35,926 nucleotides of DNA from a virus. Taxonomy: Duplodnaviria; Caudoviricetes. Position numbers and translations under genes: made by a program. Positions 7,098 through 17,173 of the stretch are shown one piece after another; position 1 is the stretch's first letter, and every line of letters begins with the position of its first letter. Under the pieces are notes generated by a model that saw only the letters and a list, made by a program, of their open reading frames with translations, was not told the DNA's origin and did no database searches. Where the stretch lies: the IMG/VR virus record IMGVR_UViG_3300025451_000033, positions 1-35,926 of that record; one strand, written 5' to 3'.

Positions 7098-8532
7098 GGA
7101 GCAAAAAGCCTATAGAGAGTTCCTTGATGCCTATCTTTCTCTAAGCCAAAAGCCAGATAAAAAGACTAGTCTAATTCCCCGAGAAGTGTTTATTGATGAG
7201 CTAAAACAAAGTCATCCAAAGCTAGCTTTAAAGATATTAGAAGACCCATGCTCAAATCTTAGAATTGACCAACATATAAATAGTTACAACCATCAAAATA
7301 TACTTTACCAAGCTGGTAGGGGTTATGGTAAAACATATGCTGCTGCTGCTAGGGTCAGAGCTTTGTGCGATCTTGGTTTTACTTCAATGGCTATGATAGG
7401 CGCAACTTATTCAGACTTAGTAACGGTTATGATTCCTTGTCTGATTTCTCTTTTCCCAGAAGAGCACAAGCCCGTATTTAACGCAAAGAATTCAACTGTT
7501 TATCTTCCTAATGGTGGAAAGATTTTAACATTTACAGCTGAGCGAGAAGTTCGCGGTCCTAGCGTTCAAGTTCTTTGGTTAGATGAAGTTGTTAGGTTTT
7601 GTGGTGGAAATCTTCAAACAAAGGTTTATGACTTTTACAAAACTCTTTCTCTAGCCTTCCGAGGAAAGTCTAAAACACAATACGCGAAACAGCAGATAAT
7701 AACATCAACTCCTAAAAACTGGAAAATCTTTAGGGATATGAATAAATGGTGTGACGATCCTAATAATCTTGACTGGTATAAGATCGAAGGTTCTGCTTTA
7801 GACAATCCTGAAATGAGCGAAGACACCGCTAAATGGATTGAGCTTTACAAAGGAACTCCACTAGAGGCTCAAGAGCTTTATGGTAAATTAGTAACAAGCG
7901 ATAGTGATTTGCTTTGGAATGAAGAGCTATTGGAAAAAGCCTTTTGTGATACATTACCTCCTAACCTTACTAACTTTACAATAGCATTAGACCCAAACGT
8001 TTCAGAGTCGGCTAATAGCGATGAGTTTGGAATAAGCGTTGTTGCTGAAGCCGAATTAATGATTGGCGACAAACCTGTTAAAATCTACTATGTTTTGGGA
8101 GACTACTCAGGAAAATACTCTGTTTCAGAATGGACAAACAAAGTTGTTTCACTATCAGAGCAATATTCAACGCGCAGGGTAGTGGCAGAAAAGAATCAAG
8201 GCGGAAATATGATAACAGATTGCCTTCATTCTAGAGATAGAGCTCTTCGAGTAGAGCTAATTCACGCTTCTAAATCTAAATTCGAGCGTGCTCAACCCGT
8301 GTCTTTTCTTTACCATCAAGGAAAAGTTAGACACTATCACGACAAAAATTCACACACAAATCTATCAGCAATGAAAATATTAGAAAATCAATTGGTTAGC
8401 TTTGATGGATCGCCAACAAACAAAGACGATCGTCTAGATGCTATGGTTTGGGCACTTTCTAGCATATCTAATGCAAAGCCTAAAACACGATTGGTGCAAC
8501 CCTATCGAAACTTATCAGCATTTCCAAGGTAA
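7036..8532 (+). CDS. terL: Terminase large subunit
   Basis: Walker A AGRGYGKT, Walker B VLWLDE, TSTP coupling motif, nuclease IALDP and DDRLDAMVWA; AGGAG RBS before the ATG at 7036. Confidence 0.95.
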   Translation: MTSTIKSKRSKEQSVNLWNNEEQKAYREFLDAYLSLSQKPDKKTSLIPREVFIDELKQSHPKLALKILEDPCSNLRIDQHINSYNHQNILYQAGRGYGKTYAAAARVRALCDLGFTSMAMIGATYSDLVTVMIPCLISLFPEEHKPVFNAKNSTVYLPNGGKILTFTAEREVRGPSVQVLWLDEVVRFCGGNLQTKVYDFYKTLSLAFRGKSKTQYAKQQIITSTPKNWKIFRDMNKWCDDPNNLDWYKIEGSALDNPEMSEDTAKWIELYKGTPLEAQELYGKLVTSDSDLLWNEELLEKAFCDTLPPNLTNFTIALDPNVSESANSDEFGISVVAEAELMIGDKPVKIYYVLGDYSGKYSVSEWTNKVVSLSEQYSTRRVVAEKNQGGNMITDCLHSRDRALRVELIHASKSKFERAQPVSFLYHQGKVRHYHDKNSHTNLSAMKILENQLVSFDGSPTNKDDRLDAMVWALSSISNAKPKTRLVQPYRNLSAFPR

Positions 8533-8535
8533 AAT

Positions 8536-10038
8536 ATGAAATACAAATTTCTAAACTCAACTCATGAAAAGTATTGTTACTCAAAGTTGGAAAAGCTCGA
8601 ATGTCTTTATGTTGGCAATGAAGAGATAAAAGAAAACGCTAGTATGTTCATTAAGCAGAACTTAAATGAGTCAAGAGAAAGCTACAAAGATCGTCTTTCT
8701 AATGTCTATTATCGAAACTACTTTGCTCAGATAATCAATTACTATTCTTCTTGCTTGTTCTCAAAAGGGTTTTCTGTTTCCCAAGATTCTAGCGATGAGT
8801 TTTATACTAGCTTTGAAAAGAATTGCGATAGACGAGGGACTTCGTTACAAGATTTCATTCAAAAAGTATTTCTTAATTCTCTTGTTTATGGAAAAAGCTA
8901 TGTAATGTATGACTTTCCTAAGTCGTCCAATCCCCAATCACTACTAGAGCAAGCTGTTTCAGGAGACCTAAACGCTTATCTTTGTCCAGTAAAGAATGAG
9001 TGTTTAATAAATTGGAGCAAAGATTCAATAACAAAAGACTTTAAATTCTGTGTGATTAAGAACGTGTATTGCGAACGAGAGTCAATCGACTCGCCTCTTG
9101 ATACGGAAACACAAGAATTTTCTGTTTGGACAATGGAATCAGGATTTGCAAAACTATCAACCTACAAAATAACATATAAAAAGCACAATCCCCCTAGCGA
9201 CAATACAGAAATCCCTTTGGTTAGCGAAGTAACAACTTCATTTGCAAGAATTCCTATTCTTTGTCTTAGTCTTGGCGGAACAAATTCAATCGGCTCAATG
9301 ATTGCCGGACCTTGCGAAGAACTATTCGCTCGTCACTCAACTCTTATAAACGCGCAGAACCGTTCATTAAATGCTGTTCGTTATTATAAAATGGGTCCTG
9401 TTGTTACTTCTGACGATTCCATTCCTTCCCATAGTGAAGACGAAGAACGCGGAAAGAAAAACTTACAAGAAGTTCAAGATGCTAACGCTGTTGTTATTGG
9501 TACCAACGATGAGCTTGGATATCTTGAACCTAACGGATCTTGTTATTCCATTGTAGATACTCAGCTAAAAGATTTGGTTGATGAGATTTATCGTCTAGCA
9601 AATCTTTCTTCACAAAGCGTAAGTTCATCAAATAAAAGCGTTGGTCGAAGCGGGCTTTCAAAAGTAATGGATGCTAGCACAACGGCTAATGTTCTTAGAA
9701 GCTATGGTCAAAGCGTTCGTCAGTTATTATCAAAGCTATTAGAGCAAATCTCACAAGCCAGAAGCGAGGATGTTAGCTTTGTTGTTTCTGGTCTTGATGA
9801 TTTTGATATGCATAGCCGAGAACTGTTACTAGGATACTCAACTGAAATAAACAACCTTGATATTCCCAGTGCTACATTTAAGTCAATCTATCTTGATAAA
9901 ATGTCTAAGATTGTTCTTGACAAACTAGATCCCGATACTTCTTCAAAGATTAGCGAGGAGATAAAAGCTAGTGTTAGTTTAAATGGTCATGAACCTAGAG
10001 AGTCTTTCGTCATTACAGAATCAAATCAAGGCGAATAA
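8536..10038 (+). CDS. Portal protein
   Basis: 500 aa following terL; ESRESYKDRL..YYRNY, LVYGKSYVMYDFP and SGLSKVMD are typical of SPP1/DUF4055-like portals. Confidence 0.85.
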   Translation: MKYKFLNSTHEKYCYSKLEKLECLYVGNEEIKENASMFIKQNLNESRESYKDRLSNVYYRNYFAQIINYYSSCLFSKGFSVSQDSSDEFYTSFEKNCDRRGTSLQDFIQKVFLNSLVYGKSYVMYDFPKSSNPQSLLEQAVSGDLNAYLCPVKNECLINWSKDSITKDFKFCVIKNVYCERESIDSPLDTETQEFSVWTMESGFAKLSTYKITYKKHNPPSDNTEIPLVSEVTTSFARIPILCLSLGGTNSIGSMIAGPCEELFARHSTLINAQNRSLNAVRYYKMGPVVTSDDSIPSHSEDEERGKKNLQEVQDANAVVIGTNDELGYLEPNGSCYSIVDTQLKDLVDEIYRLANLSSQSVSSSNKSVGRSGLSKVMDASTTANVLRSYGQSVRQLLSKLLEQISQARSEDVSFVVSGLDDFDMHSRELLLGYSTEINNLDIPSATFKSIYLDKMSKIVLDKLDPDTSSKISEEIKASVSLNGHEPRESFVITESNQGE

Positions 10039-10041
10039 TAA

Positions 10042-10554
10042 ATGGACGAAGAAGAGAAGAAAATAACAAGTGAGTTAAAAGCTCAAGAGAAAAAGTCCAA
10101 AAAAGAACTTTTGCTTTTGCTTTTATTCTTGCTTGGTTCCTCAAAGCCTCAAGCGTACAAGCTAGAAAAGCTTAGAACTAAAATAGCCACTCTTCCAAGT
10201 GTTGGTGCAAATGTGTTTGAGCAAGATTCAAAAACGCTAAGCGTGACCAATCTTCCTAAGATAGCCTCAAACCTTTTGGTTCTTGCTCAAGCAAAAGCTC
10301 TAGCAACTACTTCAAAAGTCGATCTTGTAAAGGCAGTAATTCCACGTGTAGAAGTGATAACATCAACGGAAATATTCTCAGGTTATAACAATGCTGTTGT
10401 TTTGAACTTACCAAAAGAATCACTGGTTCGTTACTCAGCAATGCTAGATGCTTGTCCAAGATGTCTTCCATTGAATGGAAATATCTATAAAATAAGCGAA
10501 GCTCCATCCCTGCCTCAGCATCCGCGCTGTAAATGCGTGTATGTCCCTTTATGA
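10042..10554 (+). CDS. Minor head morphogenesis protein (Mu F / SPP1 gp7-like, short)
   Basis: DACPRCLPLNG..PQHPRCKC motif. Confidence 0.8.
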   Translation: MDEEEKKITSELKAQEKKSKKELLLLLLFLLGSSKPQAYKLEKLRTKIATLPSVGANVFEQDSKTLSVTNLPKIASNLLVLAQAKALATTSKVDLVKAVIPRVEVITSTEIFSGYNNAVVLNLPKESLVRYSAMLDACPRCLPLNGNIYKISEAPSLPQHPRCKCVYVPL

Positions 10555-10609
10555 GAACAGCTAATAATTAATCATGATGTTGTTGAATTAACAACAAAGG
10601 AACCTCAAA

Positions 10610-11206
10610 ATGTCTAACGATATTTTATCAAGCGAAGAGACTAGCGCTGTATCTGGTCAAACTATAAGTGAAGCAAACACTGAAAAATCAGCTCCGAAAT
10701 ATGTTACGCTAGAAGAAGTTGAGAAACTAGTAGAAATCAAAGCAAATAAAATTGCATCTATTAGAATCAACGAATTTAAATCTAAAATGACTCCTCAAGA
10801 ACCAATGCTTAGCCCGCAAATAAAAGCAGATTCAGCTAGAATAAAAGATCTAGAAGAAGCTCTTTCTAAAATGCATCAACAAGCTAAGTCATCAAAGCTT
10901 GATTCCATCCTATCCGAGCATCTATCGAGTGTTGGTGTTACCGATGCGCGTGCTCAGACTCTAGCAAAAACATTTCTTAAGTCGCAGAATTTAGTCGATT
11001 ATTCAGAAGAACACGGCGCTTTCTTTAATACTTCAGAAGGACCACTTACCATCGACTCAGGTTTATCTCAGTGGGTCGATCAAAATAAATTCTTACAATC
11101 TCCAAAACCAATAGCAGGCGGCGGTTCTGTTCCTTCTGTTTCTAATCATGGAAACAAGAAACAAGAAAGTCTTTTTGATGCTATTGGAAAACTAGCTTCA
11201 AAATAA
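10610..11206 (+). CDS. Capsid scaffolding protein
   Basis: Coiled-coil with a GGGS tail, directly before the major capsid gene. Confidence 0.7.
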   Translation: MSNDILSSEETSAVSGQTISEANTEKSAPKYVTLEEVEKLVEIKANKIASIRINEFKSKMTPQEPMLSPQIKADSARIKDLEEALSKMHQQAKSSKLDSILSEHLSSVGVTDARAQTLAKTFLKSQNLVDYSEEHGAFFNTSEGPLTIDSGLSQWVDQNKFLQSPKPIAGGGSVPSVSNHGNKKQESLFDAIGKLASK

Positions 11207-11218
11207 GGAAATAAAAAC

Positions 11219-12226
11219 ATGCCTACATATTTAACCTCAGATATCTCTTCACTTCTTCCTGCTAAGTTTGACAAGGGTCTAAGCAAACAGTTTAACGCTG
11301 CTTGTCCTTTACTTAACGCTCTTTCACAACGCGGTCGCGTTCGGTTTGATGTTGGTCAAGGTGTATATTTCTCACTTGAATGTTCAGGTGGAACTATTTC
11401 TAACGTTTCAGAAGGTGCTGATTTTGCCGCTTCTGCTAATGGTGTTTCAAAATCTGCTTTCCTTCCTTGGGGTATTTTCCAGGGAGCTATCGAGATTTCA
11501 GACCTTAGCCGTTCAGCTGCTAGAACTCAGGGTAGCCCGTTCGGCGATCTTCTCGGTGATAAATTAGGTAGTCTTGCTTCTTCAATGGGCAAAAAGATTA
11601 ATGACCAGCTCTTTTCAGGAACAGGTTCAAATCAGATCGTTGGTCTTGATACTGCTCTCGGTGTTGGTACTTATGCTACTGTTCTTCGTGCTTCTGACCC
11701 TGATGGTTATTCTTTCCAAGGTAATCTTGTAGCTAATGGTGGCACTGGTCGCGCTCTTACTCTTGATCTTATGGCAACTGCCGAAAGAACTAACTTCGCT
11801 TCTTCGAACAAATCACCCGATCTTATCGTAATGAGCCCTGTTGATTTTGCTCGTTATGAGAAACTAGTTGTTCAGACCAATGGTTCTTTCCAATTTGGTC
11901 CTACTCCTATTTCAAACGCCGATGGTGGTGCATTAACCCTAAGCTACAAAGGTATCCCTGTTATCCGTGATAACTCTGCTACCACTGGTTCAATATACTT
12001 CCTTCATACCCCATCACTTGAAGTTGTATATACTAACGCTATCGTTGATGATGCTGTTCAGGCTGCTATGTTAATGGGCGATTCTGGCGAATCAACTGGT
12101 ATCGTTGTTGATATCTACCAGTCTGCTCGTGTTGGTACCAAAAAGAAATTAGCCATGAATGCTACTGTTCAGCTAAAAGCTCTTCGCCCCAACGCTTGCA
12201 CCATACTCAAAGACATCAACGCTTAA
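11219..12226 (+). CDS. Major capsid protein
   Basis: 335 aa, synteny, strongly biased codons, DQLFSGTG..IVGL and LSYKGIPVIRD motifs, terminator downstream. Confidence 0.88.
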   Translation: MPTYLTSDISSLLPAKFDKGLSKQFNAACPLLNALSQRGRVRFDVGQGVYFSLECSGGTISNVSEGADFAASANGVSKSAFLPWGIFQGAIEISDLSRSAARTQGSPFGDLLGDKLGSLASSMGKKINDQLFSGTGSNQIVGLDTALGVGTYATVLRASDPDGYSFQGNLVANGGTGRALTLDLMATAERTNFASSNKSPDLIVMSPVDFARYEKLVVQTNGSFQFGPTPISNADGGALTLSYKGIPVIRDNSATTGSIYFLHTPSLEVVYTNAIVDDAVQAAMLMGDSGESTGIVVDIYQSARVGTKKKLAMNATVQLKALRPNACTILKDINA

Positions 12227-12241
12227 TAACAGTAAAACAAT

Positions 12242-12274
12242 ACCCATGGGGTTTGTTATACCCATGGGTTTTAT
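12242..12274 (+). terminator. Terminator after major capsid gene
   Basis: ACCCATGGG-N10-CCCATGGGT followed by TTTAT. Confidence 0.7.
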
Positions 12275-12286
12275 CTTAGGAGAATC

Positions 12287-12649
12287 ATGTTAAGTAAAGC
12301 CGATAAAATAAGAATGTCAATTTATCTTGGCATGAGTCTTGGTGACTATGCTGTTTTTACAGGAACCAAAGAGTTTGAAAATGACGCTGATATCGTTTCT
12401 GCTGTTGTAAAAACACTAGACGACCTTGATTTAATTTCTGATAAGCTCCAAGAAATATCTTTACAAGGAAACGCTTCAAAGGTTGATGAGATTGTTGTTA
12501 AGCAAGCTCATGCAATAGCCTTGCTTTCTATGCAAGGAAGAAAACTAGTAAAGAGATTAACAATGCTAACAAACATAGATAAGTGGAGCGATTGTTTTTC
12601 TTCATCAACGGAGTTTGCTCCTCCTATGTATCGCCGCGGGTTTCAATGA
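12287..12649 (+). CDS. Putative head-tail adaptor
   Basis: Synteny, size, AGGAG RBS. Confidence 0.55.
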   Translation: MLSKADKIRMSIYLGMSLGDYAVFTGTKEFENDADIVSAVVKTLDDLDLISDKLQEISLQGNASKVDEIVVKQAHAIALLSMQGRKLVKRLTMLTNIDKWSDCFSSSTEFAPPMYRRGFQ

Positions 12650-13086
12650 GCTTGGTTGGCTCGCTCCTTCCCATGGTCGATGCTCTTCGGGGTTACGCTT
12701 CAACGTTGGGAGCTCGCCCGTATTCAATGACGGTCGTTCAAAGTGTGGGGGGAGGGGATTACCTTTTCGATCCCGACGCTCCGATAACCTCAACATCAAC
12801 AACAATTTCTTGTAATTCCTTTGCTCCTCATATTGTTAATACTTCTTCTAAGTTTGCAATGAGTGATAAGAACACAAGAGAAATGTATTGGAAGGTAGTC
12901 CTTACTCCTAAGTTCGATGGAGGCGGATTTGAGTTACCAGAAAATACAAATAACTCAAGCTGTCAATACATAATCAAGGGTCCTAATCTTTGCTCAACTG
13001 GTATCGTTTGCTCTCTTGTTTCTTGCGAACAAACAGCCACAAAAGTAACTTTGATTCTGCGATCTTCTGGAAAGCAAGCGCCATGA
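12646..13086 (+). CDS. Putative head closure protein
   Basis: ATGA-coupled start (MSLVGSLL); beta-rich; synteny. Confidence 0.5.
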   Translation: MSLVGSLLPMVDALRGYASTLGARPYSMTVVQSVGGGDYLFDPDAPITSTSTTISCNSFAPHIVNTSSKFAMSDKNTREMYWKVVLTPKFDGGGFELPENTNNSSCQYIIKGPNLCSTGIVCSLVSCEQTATKVTLILRSSGKQAP

Positions 13087-13535
13087 TTGTTAATGTAAAT
13101 ACTGCTAGAGTTAGAGCTAGAATGAGAACATTAACGAACGGCGTTGAGAACGTTGCTTCTGAAATGATTTCAACATTGGCAGAAGTGCAACAAACAAATG
13201 CTAAGTCTTCCAAGCTTTTCAAAACCCATTCGCCTAATGGTGGTTTGCGAGCGAATATTATCATCGAGAAAATGGAGCGATTTACCTCAACGGTAAAAGC
13301 AAATAAGTTTTATGCTGTCTATGTAGAAAAAGGAAATGGCAAGCCTGGTGATTATATTTATCCAGTAAGAGCCAAAGCTTTGAGGTTCGTAATTAATGGA
13401 GAGTTGGTTTTTAGAAAGCGTGTTAAAACTTCTGCTCCTCGTCCATTTATGGGAACAGCATTTGAACTTACAAAACGATTCGCTCCTTCTTATCTAAACT
13501 CTAGACTATCAAGATTCGTAAAGGATGGAACATGA
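13083..13535 (+). CDS. Neck/tail completion protein (HK97 gp10-like)
   Basis: GGLRANI, YAVYVEKG, PRPFMGTAF motifs; ATGA-coupled start. Confidence 0.75.
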   Translation: MIVNVNTARVRARMRTLTNGVENVASEMISTLAEVQQTNAKSSKLFKTHSPNGGLRANIIIEKMERFTSTVKANKFYAVYVEKGNGKPGDYIYPVRAKALRFVINGELVFRKRVKTSAPRPFMGTAFELTKRFAPSYLNSRLSRFVKDGT

Positions 13536-14266
13536 ACGATCTGTTAAATATTGGATTGCTTAGTTATCCATTTGAAAATAAACTTCCTGGTGTTAGCTTT
13601 CTAAAACACAACGATCCTGGCTTATATGGTTTTGTTCGTTTCCTAGAAGCGATAGCAACGTCTCTTGTTCTTCCTAATTACATTGCTAACTTAGATTTGT
13701 TAGAGTCCAAAAGCTTGTTAGGTGATTTAGCATTAGCCGATGGTTATCGTTTCTTTCAAAGTGTTATTCCTTATAGCTTGTCTGATTCGTTTGATGTAAC
13801 CAAGCAAGCCTTTCCGTTCCTTAATATCGAAAAGACAGGCTCAGCAGTTGTTTATAACAGATACGGAAAACAAGTTGTTCGTTCATCGTTGGTAGCAAAC
13901 GCTGTTCTTGCTCCGATGGATGTTAGACAATTCGCTGTTCTTAACCATACTCTAGACCATATCGCAAAGTCGATTAACTCTGTTATTTTAATTGGTGAGT
14001 TTTCAGACTTTGACGGAATAACAAATTCAACAGGAATTGACTTAATTACATTAGGTCGATCTGATTTTGGAAGCTTTAGACTAAGCGATAAAGCAAACGT
14101 GTTTATGCCGTGTTGCTCAATGACCTTTGAAATGGACGAGGTGATATCGTTCTCATCAACAAACACGTCAGAAATTCCTGGTGTGATAAAAACCGCTTAT
14201 CAATTATCTAGTATCTTAGATGACGACTTAAAACTATTCGACCAGCATGTCGATTTAAATGGATAA
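13532..14266 (+). CDS. Putative tail terminator protein
   Basis: Position before the sheath gene; FPFLNIEK segment. Confidence 0.5.
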   Translation: MNDLLNIGLLSYPFENKLPGVSFLKHNDPGLYGFVRFLEAIATSLVLPNYIANLDLLESKSLLGDLALADGYRFFQSVIPYSLSDSFDVTKQAFPFLNIEKTGSAVVYNRYGKQVVRSSLVANAVLAPMDVRQFAVLNHTLDHIAKSINSVILIGEFSDFDGITNSTGIDLITLGRSDFGSFRLSDKANVFMPCCSMTFEMDEVISFSSTNTSEIPGVIKTAYQLSSILDDDLKLFDQHVDLNG

Positions 14267-14504
14267 AATGAACAAAATTACGATACAAGTTGTTACCTCA
14301 GATTCGGCGCATGTTGTTGATTTTGAAGCTATGAATGTTGGCGTTAGACGATTTATAAACAGAACTTATGTTAATGGTGTTTGGGTCAAAGATTCAGAAC
14401 CATCAACTGTTTTTAAAACCCCCGATATTCTAAGAGCTATTGAGTGCAAAGATCTATTAATCTTTGTTGCTCCTAAACAAACAGAGAAAAACATAAAGGA
14501 ATAA
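14259..14504 (+). CDS. Small protein preceding sheath (Mu gp38-like position)
   Basis: Synteny; LRAIECKDL motif. Confidence 0.5.
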   Translation: MDKMNKITIQVVTSDSAHVVDFEAMNVGVRRFINRTYVNGVWVKDSEPSTVFKTPDILRAIECKDLLIFVAPKQTEKNIKE

Positions 14505-14505
14505 A

Positions 14506-15967
14506 ATGGCTATATTAGATCCGTCAAACGCAACTCCGAAACTTGCTATTAATGTAAGTTTCCAAAAAGGTCCGTCTTCAAGTGGTAGCTCTGATTATTC
14601 TATTCTATTAATCGGAAATAAATTAAGCTCAGGAACAGGGACCGATGCAACTCTTTATGGTCCTCAAGATATGAGTTCTGATAGCGATGCGGCTGGTTTA
14701 TTTGGGCGCGGAAGCGAATTAGCTCTTATGGTCAAAGACTGTTTAGCTAAAAACAAAAAATCAACTGTCTATGCAATGAGCGTTGCTGAGGGTGTTTCTT
14801 CTACTGTCGCAACTGGTACAATTACCTTTACTTCTGCTGCTACTTCTAACGCTACTGTTACTGTTTGGGTTGGTTCAAAAACAGTAAGCTTTGGTGTTGT
14901 ATCAGGTGACGCAATTGCTGTTCAAGCCGCTGCTTGTGCTGCTGCTATCACTGCTAATGTTGATTTACCTGTTACAGCTTCAGCTTCTCTAGGTGTTTGC
15001 ACAGTAACATCTAAAAATAAAGGTCTAAGATCAAATCTTATAAAGATTTCAGCCAAAGCTTCTAATAGCTATGGCACCACGATTAGCCCTTTAACAATGA
15101 CCGCGCTAACAGGTGGAACTGTTCAGGATTCACTAGCCGCCGCTTTAGCTGTGATTGTTGGACAGCGTTTTTACTCAATCGTTGTTGCTCAGGATGACGC
15201 TACTAACTTAGGCTTGCTAAAAACTCATATCGCTAGCTTAGAAGATCCAATGATTGGACTTCGCCAGCGTGGTTTTTGTGCTAGCGTTGATACCGCTGGT
15301 AACGCAACTACTGTTGCTATCGGTCTTGATGACGAAAGACTTTGCCTTGTTTGGCAAGGTGGAAGCGATTGCTTACCGCGTGAATTAGCTGTTGATGTTG
15401 CTTCACAGATTTGTCTTGCTGAAATCGGAGATATTCCTGTTTGTAACTTTAATGGTCTTCAGCTAAGTCTTCCTGTTCCGCGTTCAAAAACCAAACCCAC
15501 ACCCGCACAAATCAAAGCTGCTTTAAACAATGGCATTTCCCCTATTGATTGTGATGTTGTTTGGTAAATGTTTTCTAGTAAAGGCAATTACCACTAGATC
15601 GACAAATGGTCTCGGAGCTTCTGATTATCGAGTTCGTGATCTTCACAAAGTATTTATCTGTGATAAACTAGCTGATGATCTTGCTGCTAGATATTATGAT
15701 TTCTTCCAAGGTAAAAACGTAGCGGACGATCCCCTTCCTAATCAGCCCCCCGTTCCTGGTGCCGTTTGCCCGCGAGACGTTAAGGCTATGATTTTCTCTG
15801 TGCTCGATACTTACTCAGCTCGTGGATTAATTGAGCAGGTGCAAGCATCAAAAGACCAGCTAGTTGTTACTCGCCCTTCTGGCAGCAACGCTCTAGAGGT
15901 TACACTTAATGTTGATGTTATCAACGTTCTTGATCAAGTTTCCATTCAACAGAATCAGGTAGGATAA
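14506..15967 (+). CDS. Tail sheath protein (Mu gpL-like), split by a +1 frame break near 15555-15567
   Basis: ILLIGNK, AAGLFGRGSELALM, TVTSKNKG and ALNNGISP lie in 14506..15567; the continuation GKCFLVKAITT..DYR..DVINVLDQ lies in 15530..15967. Confidence 0.85.
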
Positions 15968-15968
15968 T

Positions 15969-16349
15969 ATGGCTAGCGAATTTAAAAAGTATTCTAACGT
16001 AACAGTTGCTATCAATGGAACTTTAAGCGCTCAAGCGACTTCCATTCAATTAACCCTTTCCTCAAATGATCAAATGGTCAAAACGATTCTTCTTGGAATG
16101 GCTGGTTCCACTGAGGGTGCTAAGACTTGTGAATATTCAATCGACTTTGTTATTCCCAGTTCTGGTTTCGAGGTTAATTTCTCAAAGCTATTAGCTGTTT
16201 CTGAGACTGTTAGTCTTGAGTTTAGAGTTGGTGGTAACGTATGTGTTCTTACGGACGCCGTTATCCAAAGCTCACAACTTAGCTATGCTGTTGATGGAAT
16301 AACCAGTCTTTCCATTAGCGGGTTCTCAAGCTTTAGTCAATTCGATTAA
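15969..16349 (+). CDS. Tail tube protein
   Basis: 126 aa, beta-rich, directly after the sheath. Confidence 0.8.
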   Translation: MASEFKKYSNVTVAINGTLSAQATSIQLTLSSNDQMVKTILLGMAGSTEGAKTCEYSIDFVIPSSGFEVNFSKLLAVSETVSLEFRVGGNVCVLTDAVIQSSQLSYAVDGITSLSISGFSSFSQFD

Positions 16350-16384
16350 GTTCATAATCGAATTTAAAGCTTATATTCTTGCAT

Positions 16385-16449
16385 GTTAATGCGAGGCGAA
16401 AAGAGAAAGTCTCCTTCTCTGATTAGCTTCGCATTAACTTTGTGGAGAC
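16385..16449 (+). promoter_or_regulatory. Long RNA hairpin with loop complementary to the downstream RBS
   Basis: 13-bp stem 16385-16397/16426-16438; loop GTCTCC (16409-16414) pairs with GGAGAC (16444-16449). Confidence 0.55.
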
Positions 16450-16452
16450 AAA

Positions 16453-17106
16453 ATGAACCAATCAAACCTAAGCGACGAAGAATTATTTTCACTATACATT
16501 GAAGAGCAGAAGTATTCAGAAGTAGTAGAGCTTCCTAGAAAACCAGGCAAAACTATTATGAAAGCCGAGGTTTTTGAGCTAAAAGAATCTCAAGCAAAAG
16601 AAGCAAAGGTCTCTGCTATGAAACGTGTTGCTAACGATCTCGGAGTTCCTATCACTTCTATTGATGAAAATAACAGCCTTTATGTTTCTGAGCTTTACAA
16701 GGAATGTGTTGTTCGTACATTTTATTATGTGAATTCAAAGCAAAGAATGTTTAGCGACCATGCTAGGCTTAGTGAGTATTTTTCATCTGACGATATTTAC
16801 ATGATGTATTTATCTTATGCAAATGCTCAAGCTAATGCTAGCAAAGTATTTTCTGTTACCTCGACTAGCGACGATGGAGACGGAAGCGTTTTTGAAAAGC
16901 TAAAGAATGGAGCGTTAGAACCTAAGCATTTTTTAGAACAATCTTCGCCGGTGAGTATCTTAACCCTGTTGAATATTTTTCTAGACCATATGAAGAAATT
17001 AGCGAACGACAACTCCTCGCTTACTTATCAGCTATCTGCGCTCACAAACAAAACAACTCAATCGACAAGCTTAGTAACTTTAAATACGAGCGAAAGCTCG
17101 AAGTAA
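16453..17106 (+). CDS. Tail assembly chaperone (G-like)
   Basis: Between tube and tape measure; contains slippery T TTT TTA. Confidence 0.75.
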   Translation: MNQSNLSDEELFSLYIEEQKYSEVVELPRKPGKTIMKAEVFELKESQAKEAKVSAMKRVANDLGVPITSIDENNSLYVSELYKECVVRTFYYVNSKQRMFSDHARLSEYFSSDDIYMMYLSYANAQANASKVFSVTSTSDDGDGSVFEKLKNGALEPKHFLEQSSPVSILTLLNIFLDHMKKLANDNSSLTYQLSALTNKTTQSTSLVTLNTSESSK

Positions 17107-17171
17107 TAAAACCATTGGAAAAGTCAAGCGAAACATTTGCTAAACTTTACGAGCTTTACAACAAAGGTTAA
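16929..17171 (+). CDS. -1 frameshift extension of tail chaperone (GT-like; not in ORF track)
   Basis: Heptamer T-TTT-TTA at 16929..16935; the -1 frame is open for 78 codons (RTIFAGEYLNPVEYFSRPYEEISERQLLAY...) and stops 2 nt before the tape measure ATG. Confidence 0.8.
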   Translation, partial: FFRTIFAGEYLNPVEYFSRPYEEISERQLLAYLSAICAHKQNNSIDKLSNFKYERKLEVIKPLEKSSETFAKLYELYNKG

Positions 17172-17173
17172 AA

